DNA of 64,000 nt, from NCBI GenBank assembly GCA_023663365.1, contig JAMPHP010000001.1, forward strand, positions 1,038,308-1,102,307. The letters are read 5' to 3'. Below the pieces are notes generated by a model. That model was given only the letters and a program-made list of their open reading frames with translations. It had not been told where the DNA came from and did not search any database. Of the stretch, positions 50,289 to 60,862 are shown in pieces; the stretch's first letter is position 1; each line of letters starts with the position of its first letter. The position numbers and the translations under genes were made by a program. Source of the DNA: Muribaculaceae bacterium. GTDB lineage: Bacteria; Bacteroidota; Bacteroidia; Bacteroidales; Muribaculaceae.

Positions 50289-51680
50289 ATGAAAAAGTTT
50301 TTTTCAATCATATTGTCGGCCGCCACTATCCTCGGAGCAGCTTCCTGCTCCGAGATAGAGGATGGTTGGAGCGACATCGACTCGTGGGAAATCCCCGCAC
50401 CCACCTACGCCCCCAAGGTGTATACCTTCGATCACCCCTGTATGCTCCACACCGCTGCCGACATCGAATACACCAAGCAGCATCTTGGCCAGCAGCCCTG
50501 GGCCGACGCTTACCGGAAACTCCTCACAAGCGGCTACTGCAATGTGAACCACCAACCCCACCCCGAGAAGTACCTTGCTCGCCTCGATGCCACTAACTGG
50601 GGCGACGGTGGCGGCCGCTGGGACGACGCAGGTCTCCGCGACGAATACTACCCCGGTATTCACAACAACTACACCAACTTCTTCCGCGACTGCGCCGCAG
50701 CATATCAGCTCGCCCTCCAGTGGCAGCTCGGCGGCGATGCTGCCTGTGCACAGGCTGCAATCAATATCCTCACCCAGTGGGCTGAGGTGAACAAAGGTCT
50801 GCTTCTTGGCCGCGACAAGTGGAAGGACGATGTGATTGACTCCAACGAGTACCTGATCATGTTCCAGATCCATCAGGCCGCCAATGCCGCCGAGCTCGTG
50901 CGCGACTACAACAACTGGGAGTCGACCGAAAGTTTCGGCAAGGTTGTCAACTGGCTCACCACCTACTTCTACCCCTTCTGCTCCAAGTTCATCGCTATGA
51001 ACAAGGACGACCACTGGTGGATGAACTGGGACCTCGCTTCCATGACCGCGATCCTCTCTATCGGTATTCTTGCCGACGACAATGATATGGTCAACGAAGC
51101 CATCCTCCACTTCAAGCAGGGCGAAGGCCCCGGCTGCATCATGCGCAAGGGCGTAATCGACGTGTTCGACGACCCCGACGGCTCCGGCGAGAAACTTGCC
51201 CAGGGCAATGAGGCCGGCCGCGACCAGGGTCACAACACACTCTGCGCTGCCATGGTAGGCACATTCTGCCAGATGGCGCTCGGCATCGGTGAAGACCTCT
51301 TCTCCTTCGAGGACGGACGCGCCATCGCTTTCGCCCAGTATGTAGCCAAGTACAATATCGTAATCCCCGAACTTGGCACCGACTACAAAACCGAAGGCCT
51401 GACCGACGCATCATTCAAGTACCGTGAGTCGTCGATGCCCTTCAAGGAGTACAGCTACAACGGCGGCCTCATGACAGGCATCTCCGGCGCAGGCCGCGGC
51501 ACCATCCGCCCGGGTTGGGATATCTGGGCCGGCTACTGCAAGAGCCACGGTGTGAAGGCTACCTACGTCACCGAGATTGCAAACCATTTCCGCCCCGACG
51601 GCGGCGGCGGTCACTACGGTGGCAACTCCGGCGGTTTCGACCAGCTGGGCTTCTCCACCCTCATGCACCACCGCGAATAA
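50289..51680 (+). CDS. PUL lipoprotein, possibly an (alpha/alpha)-toroid polysaccharide-lyase-like enzyme (function uncertain); paralogue of 57417..58961
   Basis: Lipobox GAASC. Shares HP(C/G)M…T..D(I/L) near the N-terminus and the RDQGH motif with 57417..58961. The family assignment is tentative. Confidence 0.45.
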   Translation: MKKFFSIILSAATILGAASCSEIEDGWSDIDSWEIPAPTYAPKVYTFDHPCMLHTAADIEYTKQHLGQQPWADAYRKLLTSGYCNVNHQPHPEKYLARLDATNWGDGGGRWDDAGLRDEYYPGIHNNYTNFFRDCAAAYQLALQWQLGGDAACAQAAINILTQWAEVNKGLLLGRDKWKDDVIDSNEYLIMFQIHQAANAAELVRDYNNWESTESFGKVVNWLTTYFYPFCSKFIAMNKDDHWWMNWDLASMTAILSIGILADDNDMVNEAILHFKQGEGPGCIMRKGVIDVFDDPDGSGEKLAQGNEAGRDQGHNTLCAAMVGTFCQMALGIGEDLFSFEDGRAIAFAQYVAKYNIVIPELGTDYKTEGLTDASFKYRESSMPFKEYSYNGGLMTGISGAGRGTIRPGWDIWAGYCKSHGVKATYVTEIANHFRPDGGGGHYGGNSGGFDQLGFSTLMHHRE

Positions 51681-51769
51681 TACATCGGCTTGGATGCCGG
51701 ACTTCGATGCCCGGCATCCAAGCTCTTTAATAAACCAATACACTATCTGTCAACATTTCTACACCTGCT

Positions 51770-53230
51770 ATGAACCGCCTGCTCGCAGCACTCACACTTC
51801 TGCTTTCATTAACTCCGGCCGTCGAAGGCCGTATCGTCGACTATCCTGCCGGCCCCGGTGTGGAGACCACCGATGCTTTCGCCGTGCGCGTAAGGCAGGG
51901 TGGGGGAGAGTGGATTCCCGTGGCTGTTTACCCCGTGAAGGTGGACCGTGTCGACGGCTCGAAGCACAATGTAGAGATAGCCTCCATGGCCTACTTTGAC
52001 TTCGACGGCACCGTAGAGGTCGAGGTCACCACAGCCGACGCGCCTGTCGACAGCGCCCGCATCCGTCCTCTTTCCTACCGTATCACGCCCGACTTCGCCC
52101 GCGGCAGCCGCACGCTCAGCTTCAGCCTTGAGAAGCCTGCCAACATCTCGGTGGAGGTCAACGGCGATATTTTCCACAATCTGCACCTCTTCGCCAATCC
52201 GCTCGACAGCAAGCGCCCCACAGCGAAGGAAATCAAGAAGGGTGCAAAGAATAAAAAACTTCTATACTTCGGGCCGGGCGTGCACACGCTCCCCGGCGAT
52301 ACCATGCGCATTGCTTCCGGCACCAAGGTGTACGTCGACGGCGGCGCAAGGGTATTCGGCCAGTTTATCGCCGACGGTGTGCGTGATGTTCTGTTCTGCG
52401 GCCGCGGCGAGGTGCATCCTCGTGGCCGTGGCGAGGGCATCTACATCAAGCGCTCACGCAATATCGACGTAGAAGGCCTGATCGTGACACAGGTGCCTGT
52501 GGGGCAGAGCGACTCCGTGCGTGTGACAAACGTTAAGTCGATCAGCAGCTACGGCTGGGGCGACGGCATGAATGTGTTCGCCTCCAACGATGTGACCTAC
52601 GACAGCGTGTTCTGCCGCAACAGCGACGACTGCTCCACGGTATACGCCACCCGCAAGGGCTTCAAAGGCGGATGCCGCAACATCCTCATGAAGAATTCAA
52701 CCCTCTGGGCCGACGTGGCGCACCCCATCATGATAGGCCTGCACGGCAGCGCCACCGAAATCGGCGTGGATGCCCCTGCCGATACGATCTCAAATGTAGT
52801 ATACCGCAACATCGACATCCTCGACCAGCAGGAGATGCAGATCGACTATCAGGGAGTGTTCGGCATCTCGTGCGGCGACAATAATGTGGTGCGCGACATC
52901 ACCTTCGACAACATCCGCGTGGAAGAGCTCCGGCTGGGCCAGCTCTTCAATATCCGTATTTTCTTCAATAAAAAGTACTGTGCCGCTCCGGGCACCTGTG
53001 TGGAGAATGTTCTCTTCAAGGACATTGTCTACAATGGCAATCGCGATGAGCTCTCGATCATCTGCGGCTACGATGAGTCGCGCAAGGTGTCGGGCATCAC
53101 ATTCGACAACCTCGTGATCAACGGGCGTAAAATCTACGACGACATGCCCGGCAAGCCCAAGTGGTACAAGACCTCCGATATGGCTCGTATTTATATAGGC
53201 GAACACGTTGAAAACGTAATCTTCAAGTAA
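51770..53230 (+). CDS. Secreted right-handed beta-helix glycoside hydrolase-like protein (GH28/GH49-like motif pattern)
   Basis: Signal peptide and a periodic beta-helix sequence with WGDGMNV, NSDDCSTV and IMIGLHG in the order seen in GH28-type active sites. Confidence 0.5.
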   Translation: MNRLLAALTLLLSLTPAVEGRIVDYPAGPGVETTDAFAVRVRQGGGEWIPVAVYPVKVDRVDGSKHNVEIASMAYFDFDGTVEVEVTTADAPVDSARIRPLSYRITPDFARGSRTLSFSLEKPANISVEVNGDIFHNLHLFANPLDSKRPTAKEIKKGAKNKKLLYFGPGVHTLPGDTMRIASGTKVYVDGGARVFGQFIADGVRDVLFCGRGEVHPRGRGEGIYIKRSRNIDVEGLIVTQVPVGQSDSVRVTNVKSISSYGWGDGMNVFASNDVTYDSVFCRNSDDCSTVYATRKGFKGGCRNILMKNSTLWADVAHPIMIGLHGSATEIGVDAPADTISNVVYRNIDILDQQEMQIDYQGVFGISCGDNNVVRDITFDNIRVEELRLGQLFNIRIFFNKKYCAAPGTCVENVLFKDIVYNGNRDELSIICGYDESRKVSGITFDNLVINGRKIYDDMPGKPKWYKTSDMARIYIGEHVENVIFK

Positions 53231-55495
53231 ATGAAAAAGACCGCAACGCTTCTGGTGGCCTTTCTTGTGGCCCTCGCGGCATCGGCCGCCATCAAACACC
53301 CCTCTCTGCTTTTTACACCTCAGCGTGTGGAGGCGGCACTGAAAGCCGCCGGGCGCGACTCCGCCATGGCTGAGGCCCGCGATAAAATCATGGCCGAGGC
53401 CGACGTGCAGCTTCAGAAAGGCGATGTACGCCGCCTCGAGTATCCCGCTCTCGCCTATCAGATGACGGGCGACCGCCGCTATGCCGACAAAATCAAGGAA
53501 GTGCTCCTTGCCACCTCTAAGGTGAAGTCGTGGGGCGACCGCGAGATGCTTGCCCGCCGCCCGGCATGGCGCAGCGAGCTGCAGATGGCGCATCGTGCTT
53601 TTCAGCTTGCCGTGGCCTACGATGCCGTCTACGATATTCTCACGCCCGCTGAGCGCAAGCAGATCGCACGTGGCCTCTACGACCTTGCCGTAGAACCGCT
53701 TATCGGCGACTGGATTGACCCCGTGAAGCGCATACACTCACTCAACTCCATGGGACACAACTGGTGGACTTCGTGCGCCGGTATGGGCGGACTGCTCGCC
53801 CTCGCCCTCAGCAACGAGCTGCCCGAGGCTGCCGCCGGAGCGCAGGCCGTGGTGGATGTTCTGCCCGAGTGGTTCGACTTCGCCGGCGATGTGATTCAGC
53901 ACAAGCCCAAGACTTTCGACCGCAAGGGCGGCATGTACGAGAGCATCAACTACGCCAGCTTCGGCACCACCGAGGCGCTGCTTATGCGCATGGCATGGCT
54001 CAACTCACACCCCGGAGCCAAGCTCGAGCCTATCGCCCAGATGGAGCAGCTACCGGCATTCTTCGCCCATGTGAGCTATCCGCGCACGGGTATGCTCTAT
54101 AGCCTCAACTTCGGCGACAGCCACAAGAATGTCACCGGCGAGAGCTCGCTTTTCCTGGCCTATGCCATGGGCGTGGAAGACCCCGTCACGCTCTGGTATG
54201 CCCTGCAGCCCGAGCCCGGACAGCACCGCGAGGGCTTCCCGCGCCACTTCCCCATGGGCTTCCTTTATACTCCCGACCTCTCCAAAGCTCCCGCCGAGCC
54301 CGCTCTGCCTACCTCGCATCTGTGGGAGGACTTCGGCTGGGCCACCATGCGCGACAGCTGGGATAAGGATGCCACCATGCTTGCCGTGAAGTCGGGCATG
54401 ACGTGGAACCATGCCCATGCCGATGCCAACTCCTTCATAATATTCCACAAGGGCACCGATATCATAAAGGATGCCGGCAACTGCAGCTACGGCAAGCCCG
54501 AGTACCGCAACTACTTCTTCCAGACCGACGCCCACAATGTGGTGAAATTCGACGGTCAGGGTCAGCCCACCCATCAGCAGTACCATGGCACCATGCTGCC
54601 GGGCTCGGTGAGTGGCCTGGTCGACGGCGGCAATATCAAGTATGTGCTCGCCGACGGCACCGGCCCTATGTCGCACGTGCTCAACCGCAACTTCCGCCAC
54701 TTCCTTTGGATTGATAATGTGATATATATCATCGACGACCTCGGCAGCCACCGCCCCGGCCGCTACGAATGGCTGTGGCATCCGGGAGGCGAGGCACGCA
54801 AGCGCGGCTTCGACCTTGAGGTCACGGAGGGCAATTCGTCGGTGGCGGTGCGCCCGCTCTATCCGCGCCCGCTGGCCTACAGCAACTTCGTGCACGACTA
54901 TCCTGAAGACCTCTATTGGGAGACACGCCAAGGCCCCACGGAGGACCTTTCGGGCACGGAGGAGTATTGGTCCTTCATCATGCCTCAGACCACCGACAGG
55001 GTTAAGGCTGTCACTGCCGTAATCCTTAAGGATACTCCCGATCAGAAAGAACTGCCTGCCATTGAGCGCCGTGAGGGCAAGGATTGGATAGGCCTGCGCG
55101 TGACTTATAAAGGCAAGGTCACCGACATCTACATCAATCAGCTCGCCGATGGCCGGCTCATGCACCTCAACTCCTGGATCGAGGCCGACGGCTGGAATAC
55201 CGATGCCTATATGCTCGCGGTGAGCTACCCCGAAGGGGCTGCGGCCAAGGATAGCAAGGAGATGTTTATCGGTCACGGAAGCTCTCTGCGCCGTGGCGAC
55301 GATGTCTACTTCAACTCGCTCTCGAAGCTCAATGTCATCGCCTCCGAGGAGCAGGGTAAAGTCGATGTACAGGCCGCCGGACAGCCTCGAATGAATTTCG
55401 CTCTGCGCAGCACTGCCCGCCGTGCTTCGCTCAACGGTGCTTCCGCCGACCCCGTCCGTAAAGGTAATCAACTCGTATTCAAGACCTCTAAGTGA
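53231..55495 (+). CDS. Heparinase II/III-like polysaccharide lyase family protein
   Basis: Signal peptide, an alpha-toroid N-terminal region, and the hallmark …WNHAHADANSFIIFHKGTDIIKDAGNCSYG…TDAHNVVKFDGQGQ. Confidence 0.8.
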   Translation: MKKTATLLVAFLVALAASAAIKHPSLLFTPQRVEAALKAAGRDSAMAEARDKIMAEADVQLQKGDVRRLEYPALAYQMTGDRRYADKIKEVLLATSKVKSWGDREMLARRPAWRSELQMAHRAFQLAVAYDAVYDILTPAERKQIARGLYDLAVEPLIGDWIDPVKRIHSLNSMGHNWWTSCAGMGGLLALALSNELPEAAAGAQAVVDVLPEWFDFAGDVIQHKPKTFDRKGGMYESINYASFGTTEALLMRMAWLNSHPGAKLEPIAQMEQLPAFFAHVSYPRTGMLYSLNFGDSHKNVTGESSLFLAYAMGVEDPVTLWYALQPEPGQHREGFPRHFPMGFLYTPDLSKAPAEPALPTSHLWEDFGWATMRDSWDKDATMLAVKSGMTWNHAHADANSFIIFHKGTDIIKDAGNCSYGKPEYRNYFFQTDAHNVVKFDGQGQPTHQQYHGTMLPGSVSGLVDGGNIKYVLADGTGPMSHVLNRNFRHFLWIDNVIYIIDDLGSHRPGRYEWLWHPGGEARKRGFDLEVTEGNSSVAVRPLYPRPLAYSNFVHDYPEDLYWETRQGPTEDLSGTEEYWSFIMPQTTDRVKAVTAVILKDTPDQKELPAIERREGKDWIGLRVTYKGKVTDIYINQLADGRLMHLNSWIEADGWNTDAYMLAVSYPEGAAAKDSKEMFIGHGSSLRRGDDVYFNSLSKLNVIASEEQGKVDVQAAGQPRMNFALRSTARRASLNGASADPVRKGNQLVFKTSK

Positions 55496-57420
55496 TGACG
55501 CTACGACCTCTTCTGAGCGCGCTTGCCACAAGCGCGTGCCTGACCCTTGCCGCACAGTCGCTATACCCCGGTGTGGGGAGCGCCGTCCGAACCGTGCCCG
55601 ATGCTGTGACTGTCGAGGCCGAAGCTTTCGAGCTTGCCGATGTGCGCCTCCTTCCCGGCCGACTGCACGACAATCTCATGCGCGACTCGGCATGGATGGC
55701 TTCGATCGATACCCGCCGCCTGCTGCATAGTTTCCGCAACAATGCCGGTGTGTTCGCCGGTCTTGAGGGCGGCTACGAGAGTGTGCCCAAGCTCGGCGGC
55801 TGGGAGTCGCTCGACTGCGACCTGCGCGGTCACACCTCGGGGCACCTTCTCTCGGCCTACGCTCTGATGTATTCGGCTACCGGCGATGAGCTTTTCAAGC
55901 TCAAGGGCGACAGCCTCGTCGACGGCCTGGCCGAGGTGCAGCAAGCTCTCGGTGGCGGCTATCTCAGTGCCTTCCCCGAAGAGCTGATCAACCGCAATAT
56001 CCGTGGCAAATCAGTGTGGGCTCCATGGTACACACTCCATAAGATACTCTCCGGGCTCATCGACCAGTACACGCTCACCGGCAATAGCCGCGCACTCGAT
56101 GTGGCGCGCCGTATGGCCGACTGGGCCTACGGAAAAGTGAGCGGTCTCAGCGAGGAGACCCGCCGACTGATGCTCCGCAATGAGTTCGGCGGTGTCAACG
56201 AGGCTTTCTACAATCTCTACTCACTCACCGGCGATGACCGCCATCTGGCGCTGGCGCGCTTCTTCTACCACAACGATGCCATCGACCCGCTCAAGGCTTC
56301 ATCGACCGATTTCGGCACAAAGCATACCAACACTTTCATACCTAAGGTGATAGCCGAAGCGCGCAACTATGAGATCAACGGCGATGCCGCATCGCGGGCT
56401 CTCGCCGAGCATTTCTGGGGCGAGATGACCGGGCACCATTGCTTTGCCACGGGCTCGCTCAGCCAGAAAGAGCACTACTTCGACACTTCCGACATGGCAC
56501 GCTTCATCAACGGCTACACCGGCGAGACCTGCTGCACCTACAATATGCTCAAGCTCGCACGTCACATCTTCTGCTGGGGAGCCGACCCTGCCGTGGCCGA
56601 CTGGTATGAGCGTGCGCTTTTCAACCATATCCTCGCACAGCAGGATACCGAGAGTGGCATGGTGTGCTATTTCCTGCCTTTGCTAAGCGGTGCCTACAAG
56701 GTCTACAGCACGCCCGAGCAGTCGTTCTGGTGCTGCGTAGGCAGCGGCTTCGAGAGCCATGCCAAATACGCCGAGGGCATATATTATCGCTCGGGCGACC
56801 GCCTGTTTGTAAATCTGCTCGCCCCATCTGCCCTCGATTGGAAGGAGCAGGGCGTGAAACTCACGCAGCGCACGTCTTTCCCCGCCGACGGCCACACGAG
56901 CATCACCATCGACGAGGCTCCCGGCTCATCGTTCAAGATTTCGCTGCGCTATCCGGCGTGGAGCGGTAAGCCGGTGGTCAAGGTCAACGGCAAGCGTGTG
57001 AAGGTGCGCACCTCGCCATCGTCCTACATCGACATCGAGCGGACATGGACGGCCGGTGACAGAATAGAGGCTGAGTTCCCGATGACTCTCGCACTTGAGG
57101 GCGTGACCGGCGACAGCTCGCGTGCGGCCGTGCTCTACGGTCCCATCGTCCTGGCCGGAGACCTCGGCACAGAGGGCATGGCGGGATGCGCGCCTTTCTC
57201 CGACCCCACCGTGCGCAACGACTACTATACTTACGATTATAAGATCCCCGAAGGACTTAAGACGAACCTCACTCTCGACCGTACCGACATCGGCAAGTCT
57301 TTGAAGCGTGTCGACGGCAAGCTCGAGTTCGTCAGTGACGAGGGCGATGTACTCCGCCCGCTCTTCGACACTCACCGCCGCCGCTACGTGGTGTACTGGA
57401 AAATCAACGACGCAAAATGA
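55492..57420 (+). CDS. GH127-family glycoside hydrolase (beta-L-arabinofuranosidase-like, DUF1680)
   Basis: …RGHTSGHLLSAYALMY…, …GETCCTYNMLKL…, …FWCCVGSGFESHAKY… (the Cys/Glu Zn-site pattern of GH127). Confidence 0.85.
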   Translation: MMTLRPLLSALATSACLTLAAQSLYPGVGSAVRTVPDAVTVEAEAFELADVRLLPGRLHDNLMRDSAWMASIDTRRLLHSFRNNAGVFAGLEGGYESVPKLGGWESLDCDLRGHTSGHLLSAYALMYSATGDELFKLKGDSLVDGLAEVQQALGGGYLSAFPEELINRNIRGKSVWAPWYTLHKILSGLIDQYTLTGNSRALDVARRMADWAYGKVSGLSEETRRLMLRNEFGGVNEAFYNLYSLTGDDRHLALARFFYHNDAIDPLKASSTDFGTKHTNTFIPKVIAEARNYEINGDAASRALAEHFWGEMTGHHCFATGSLSQKEHYFDTSDMARFINGYTGETCCTYNMLKLARHIFCWGADPAVADWYERALFNHILAQQDTESGMVCYFLPLLSGAYKVYSTPEQSFWCCVGSGFESHAKYAEGIYYRSGDRLFVNLLAPSALDWKEQGVKLTQRTSFPADGHTSITIDEAPGSSFKISLRYPAWSGKPVVKVNGKRVKVRTSPSSYIDIERTWTAGDRIEAEFPMTLALEGVTGDSSRAAVLYGPIVLAGDLGTEGMAGCAPFSDPTVRNDYYTYDYKIPEGLKTNLTLDRTDIGKSLKRVDGKLEFVSDEGDVLRPLFDTHRRRYVVYWKINDAK

Positions 57421-58961
57421 AATCAATCCATCACCTTATATGCACCGCCGCTATGGCGCTGACATTCGCACTGCCGCTGTGCGCCCGTGAATTCGTGCAC
57501 CCGGGAATGTCCTACACCGACGAGGATCTCAACCGCATGAGAACTAAAATTGCAGCTAAGGCAGAGCCTTACTACAGCACATTCCTGGCACTGCAGTCGA
57601 GCCCTTACTCACAAGTGACCGGCAGCGACTTCGCGCCTGTCGAGGCTATCGGCGAGGGTAAGTTCAACGGTACCGTCGGCCTCGACGGCAGGCGTGTGCA
57701 CGATCTGGCTCTTCTCTATCGTCTGACCGGCGATGAGCGATATGCCGATGAGGCAGTGGCCCGTCTGCGGCGCTACTCGAGCCTGCGCAACTGCAGCGCC
57801 CGCGGCACCGCTCCTCTCGACAATGGCAAGATTTATCTCATGCTCGAGGGTGCGGAGCTCCTGCGCGACTACGAAGGCTGGGAGGCCGACGACCGCCGCG
57901 CCTTTGCCGAAATGCTCGTCTATCCCGGCTATAGCGACAGCGCCTTCCCCGAAGGAGCCCGCGACGGCTACGACGACAGCCGCAACGGCATCACATTCTA
58001 CTGGAATATCTACAACTTCGACACCGGCCGCTGGGGCAATCAGGGGCTTTTCGCCGCAAGAGCGATGATGGCCATGGGTATTTTCCTTGATAATGAGAAA
58101 ATCTACGACCGTGCGCTCAACTATCTCACAGGCAATTATGCCCGACACGATGATATTCCCTACTCGACCCTCATGCCTCGGCGCACATCGCTGCGCTCGC
58201 AGAGCGAATATCTTTCCGACTATGCCGTGACATGGTTCGACAGCGGTGTGCAGTTTATCTCCGACGAAGCGCTGCAGTACTATATCTATCCCAACGGCCA
58301 AAGCCAGGAAGCCTGTCGCGACCAAGGTCATGCAATGGTGGGTGTGGGGCTCTACACCGACCTTGCCGAGATGGCAAAGACACAGGGCGACGACCTCTAT
58401 GGAGCCCTCGACTGCCGCATCCTTCTCGGCCTTGAGTATGCCTGCCGTTACAATCTTTCCTACGCCCTCGGCACGCCCTGGGAGCCGTCGGGCTACAGCG
58501 CGTCGGCATCGGCTGTCAGCTTCGATGCCGGCAATTTCCTGCGCACCGACTCCCGCTCTCAGCGCTGGAGCTCTATCGCGCCATCGCCCGAAGGGCGTGA
58601 GACGGCCTTTGCCAACGTCCGCTTCCTCATCCAGGCGCTGCACCACTACAAGAATGTGCCCGGCATGGCTCCCGAGCGCTACCATTGGCTCGAGGAGGCG
58701 GTGAAGCACACCATAGGCTCCGGCATAGAGAACTGGGGTGCGCAGAACCATCACTATGAGTGGAAGGGCTGGGGCACGCTCACCAAATATTCCGACGGAG
58801 TCACCACGGAGGTGGCAGACCCGGTGTGTGCCGATTCTCCCGAGAGCATAGTCTACCATACACTCAGCGGCAGCACTTGCCCCGGCACACCCACCCGCAG
58901 AGGAATATATATAAGAACAATCAATAACAAATCTGCTGAAACCATACTGTACAAACCATGA
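57417..58961 (+). CDS. Secreted PUL protein, paralogue of 50289..51680 (possible lyase-like alpha-toroid; function uncertain)
   Basis: Signal peptide, then FVHPGMSYTDEDLNRM… and …CRDQGHAMVGVGLYTDLAEMA… parallel the equivalent segments of 50289..51680. Confidence 0.45.
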   Translation: MKSIHHLICTAAMALTFALPLCAREFVHPGMSYTDEDLNRMRTKIAAKAEPYYSTFLALQSSPYSQVTGSDFAPVEAIGEGKFNGTVGLDGRRVHDLALLYRLTGDERYADEAVARLRRYSSLRNCSARGTAPLDNGKIYLMLEGAELLRDYEGWEADDRRAFAEMLVYPGYSDSAFPEGARDGYDDSRNGITFYWNIYNFDTGRWGNQGLFAARAMMAMGIFLDNEKIYDRALNYLTGNYARHDDIPYSTLMPRRTSLRSQSEYLSDYAVTWFDSGVQFISDEALQYYIYPNGQSQEACRDQGHAMVGVGLYTDLAEMAKTQGDDLYGALDCRILLGLEYACRYNLSYALGTPWEPSGYSASASAVSFDAGNFLRTDSRSQRWSSIAPSPEGRETAFANVRFLIQALHHYKNVPGMAPERYHWLEEAVKHTIGSGIENWGAQNHHYEWKGWGTLTKYSDGVTTEVADPVCADSPESIVYHTLSGSTCPGTPTRRGIYIRTINNKSAETILYKP

Positions 58962-60823
58962 AATATATATCCATTCTTGCAATACTCTTAGCCTCCGCCA
59001 TGTCGGCGTCGGCCGGCGAAGCACTCCGGCTCAAATCTCCCGACGGGCGAAACGAGATTGTATTCACTAAACCCGGCAAAGAGCTCACATACACTATCCT
59101 TCGCGACGGTGCTGAGCTGATACGCCCCTCGCGAGCCGGCCTCGACATAGACAACCGTGTGTGGGAGATGGCTCTTGGCAAGCGCGACCTCGTGCAGCCT
59201 GATTGCTGGATGGATCTGCTCACGGTCGACAGTGTGAGCTACGGCGCACCCGTCGACACTGTGTGGCACCCGCTGTATGGTGAGCGCTCCACCGTGCGCG
59301 ACCGCTATAACCAAGCCACCTTGCATCTCTCTCGCAAGGATAAGAGCCGCTATCGCTTCGACGTGCAGGTGCGCGCCTACGACGAAGGTGCCGCTTTCCG
59401 CTACTTCTTCCCCGAGCACCCCGATGCGATTTTCCATAAAGTGAGCGCCGACCTCACCGACTACACCTTCCCCGAAGGTACTATGGCCTGGAGCGAGCAG
59501 TGGGCGCAGTCCTTCTTCGATTACACTCTTGTCGACAGCATCACGCGCCCGGTGGAGCGCGCTCTCACTCTCGAGCTTCCTTCGGGGCAGTGGGTGGCAC
59601 TGCTCGATGCCGATGTCGACGACTGGTGCCTCACCAAGCTGCAGGCACGCCCGGGCAAGGAGGGCACACTGTCGTCGGTGATGTATTCGCCCGTAGATAT
59701 TGTCACCTACTATGCCACCCCTTGGAAGATAGTGATGACTGCCGATTCGCCCACACAACTGCTGGCCAACAACGACATCGTGCAGAACCTCAACCCGCAC
59801 AGCGAGGGCGATTTCTTCTGGGTGAAGCCCGGCAAGATCATGCGCTCGCCGATATCAACGGAGATGGGTCTGCGCACCATCGACTTCTGCGCCGAGCACA
59901 ATATCCCCTACATGCTCTATGACTGGCAGTGGTATATGCCCTGTACCAGCCACGACGGCGATGCCACCAAGGTTGTCGACAAGGTGGACATGCAGCGTGT
60001 GATAGAGCACGGCAAGGAAAAAGGCGTGGGCGTGTGGCTCTACGTGAACCAGCATGCCCTCATGAAGCAGATGGATGAGCTCTTCCCCTTGCTTGAGCAG
60101 TGGGGTGTGGCGGGTGTGAAATCGGGCTTCGTACAGTATGCCTCGCACCGCTGGGCCGTGTGGCTGCACGACATGGTGCGCAAGGCTGCCGACAGCCATC
60201 TTATGATGAATATTCACGATGAGTTCCGTCCTTCCGGTTTTTCGCGTACTTTCCCCAATCTGCTCACGCAGGAGGGTATATGCGGCAATGAGGAGTTCCC
60301 CGATGCGACCCACAATGTGACTCTTCCCTTCACCCGTATGCTCAACGGTGCGGCCGACTACACCATCTGCTACTACGACAAGCGCCTGCGCAACACCCAC
60401 GCGCATCAGCTTGCAGCATCGCTCGTGTTCTACAGCCCGCTCCAGACAATTTTCTGGTACGACAACCCCACCATGTACGGCGGTGAACCGGAAGTGAAGT
60501 GGTTCGAGGACCTTGAGACAACCTTCGACGACACACGCGTGCTCGACGGCTACCCCGGCCGCAACATTGCCATCGCGCGCCGCAAGGGCGATGTATGGTG
60601 GGCCGCAGCCATGACCAACAACGATGCCCGCAAGCAGACGCTCGACCTTTCGTTTCTCGAGCCCGGCAGGAAGTACATGGCCGAAATCTACACCGACGGC
60701 GATGAGAGCACCGGCACTCGGACCAAGGTGAAGATAGAGCGCCGCAAGGTAAAGGCCGGCGACAAGCTCTCGTTCGACCTCGCTCCTCGCGGTGGTGTGG
60801 CCGCCAGATTTACTCTTATCTGA
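58958..60823 (+). CDS. GH97-family glycoside hydrolase
   Basis: …AAFRYFFPE…, …WGVAGVKSGFVQY…, …MMNIHDEFRPSGFSRTFPNLLTQEGICGNEE…, matching the GH97 catalytic barrel pattern. Confidence 0.85.
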   Translation: MKYISILAILLASAMSASAGEALRLKSPDGRNEIVFTKPGKELTYTILRDGAELIRPSRAGLDIDNRVWEMALGKRDLVQPDCWMDLLTVDSVSYGAPVDTVWHPLYGERSTVRDRYNQATLHLSRKDKSRYRFDVQVRAYDEGAAFRYFFPEHPDAIFHKVSADLTDYTFPEGTMAWSEQWAQSFFDYTLVDSITRPVERALTLELPSGQWVALLDADVDDWCLTKLQARPGKEGTLSSVMYSPVDIVTYYATPWKIVMTADSPTQLLANNDIVQNLNPHSEGDFFWVKPGKIMRSPISTEMGLRTIDFCAEHNIPYMLYDWQWYMPCTSHDGDATKVVDKVDMQRVIEHGKEKGVGVWLYVNQHALMKQMDELFPLLEQWGVAGVKSGFVQYASHRWAVWLHDMVRKAADSHLMMNIHDEFRPSGFSRTFPNLLTQEGICGNEEFPDATHNVTLPFTRMLNGAADYTICYYDKRLRNTHAHQLAASLVFYSPLQTIFWYDNPTMYGGEPEVKWFEDLETTFDDTRVLDGYPGRNIAIARRKGDVWWAAAMTNNDARKQTLDLSFLEPGRKYMAEIYTDGDESTGTRTKVKIERRKVKAGDKLSFDLAPRGGVAARFTLI

Positions 60824-60862
60824 TTCTGTTGAGTGGTGCAAATCCCCGATACGTATATATAG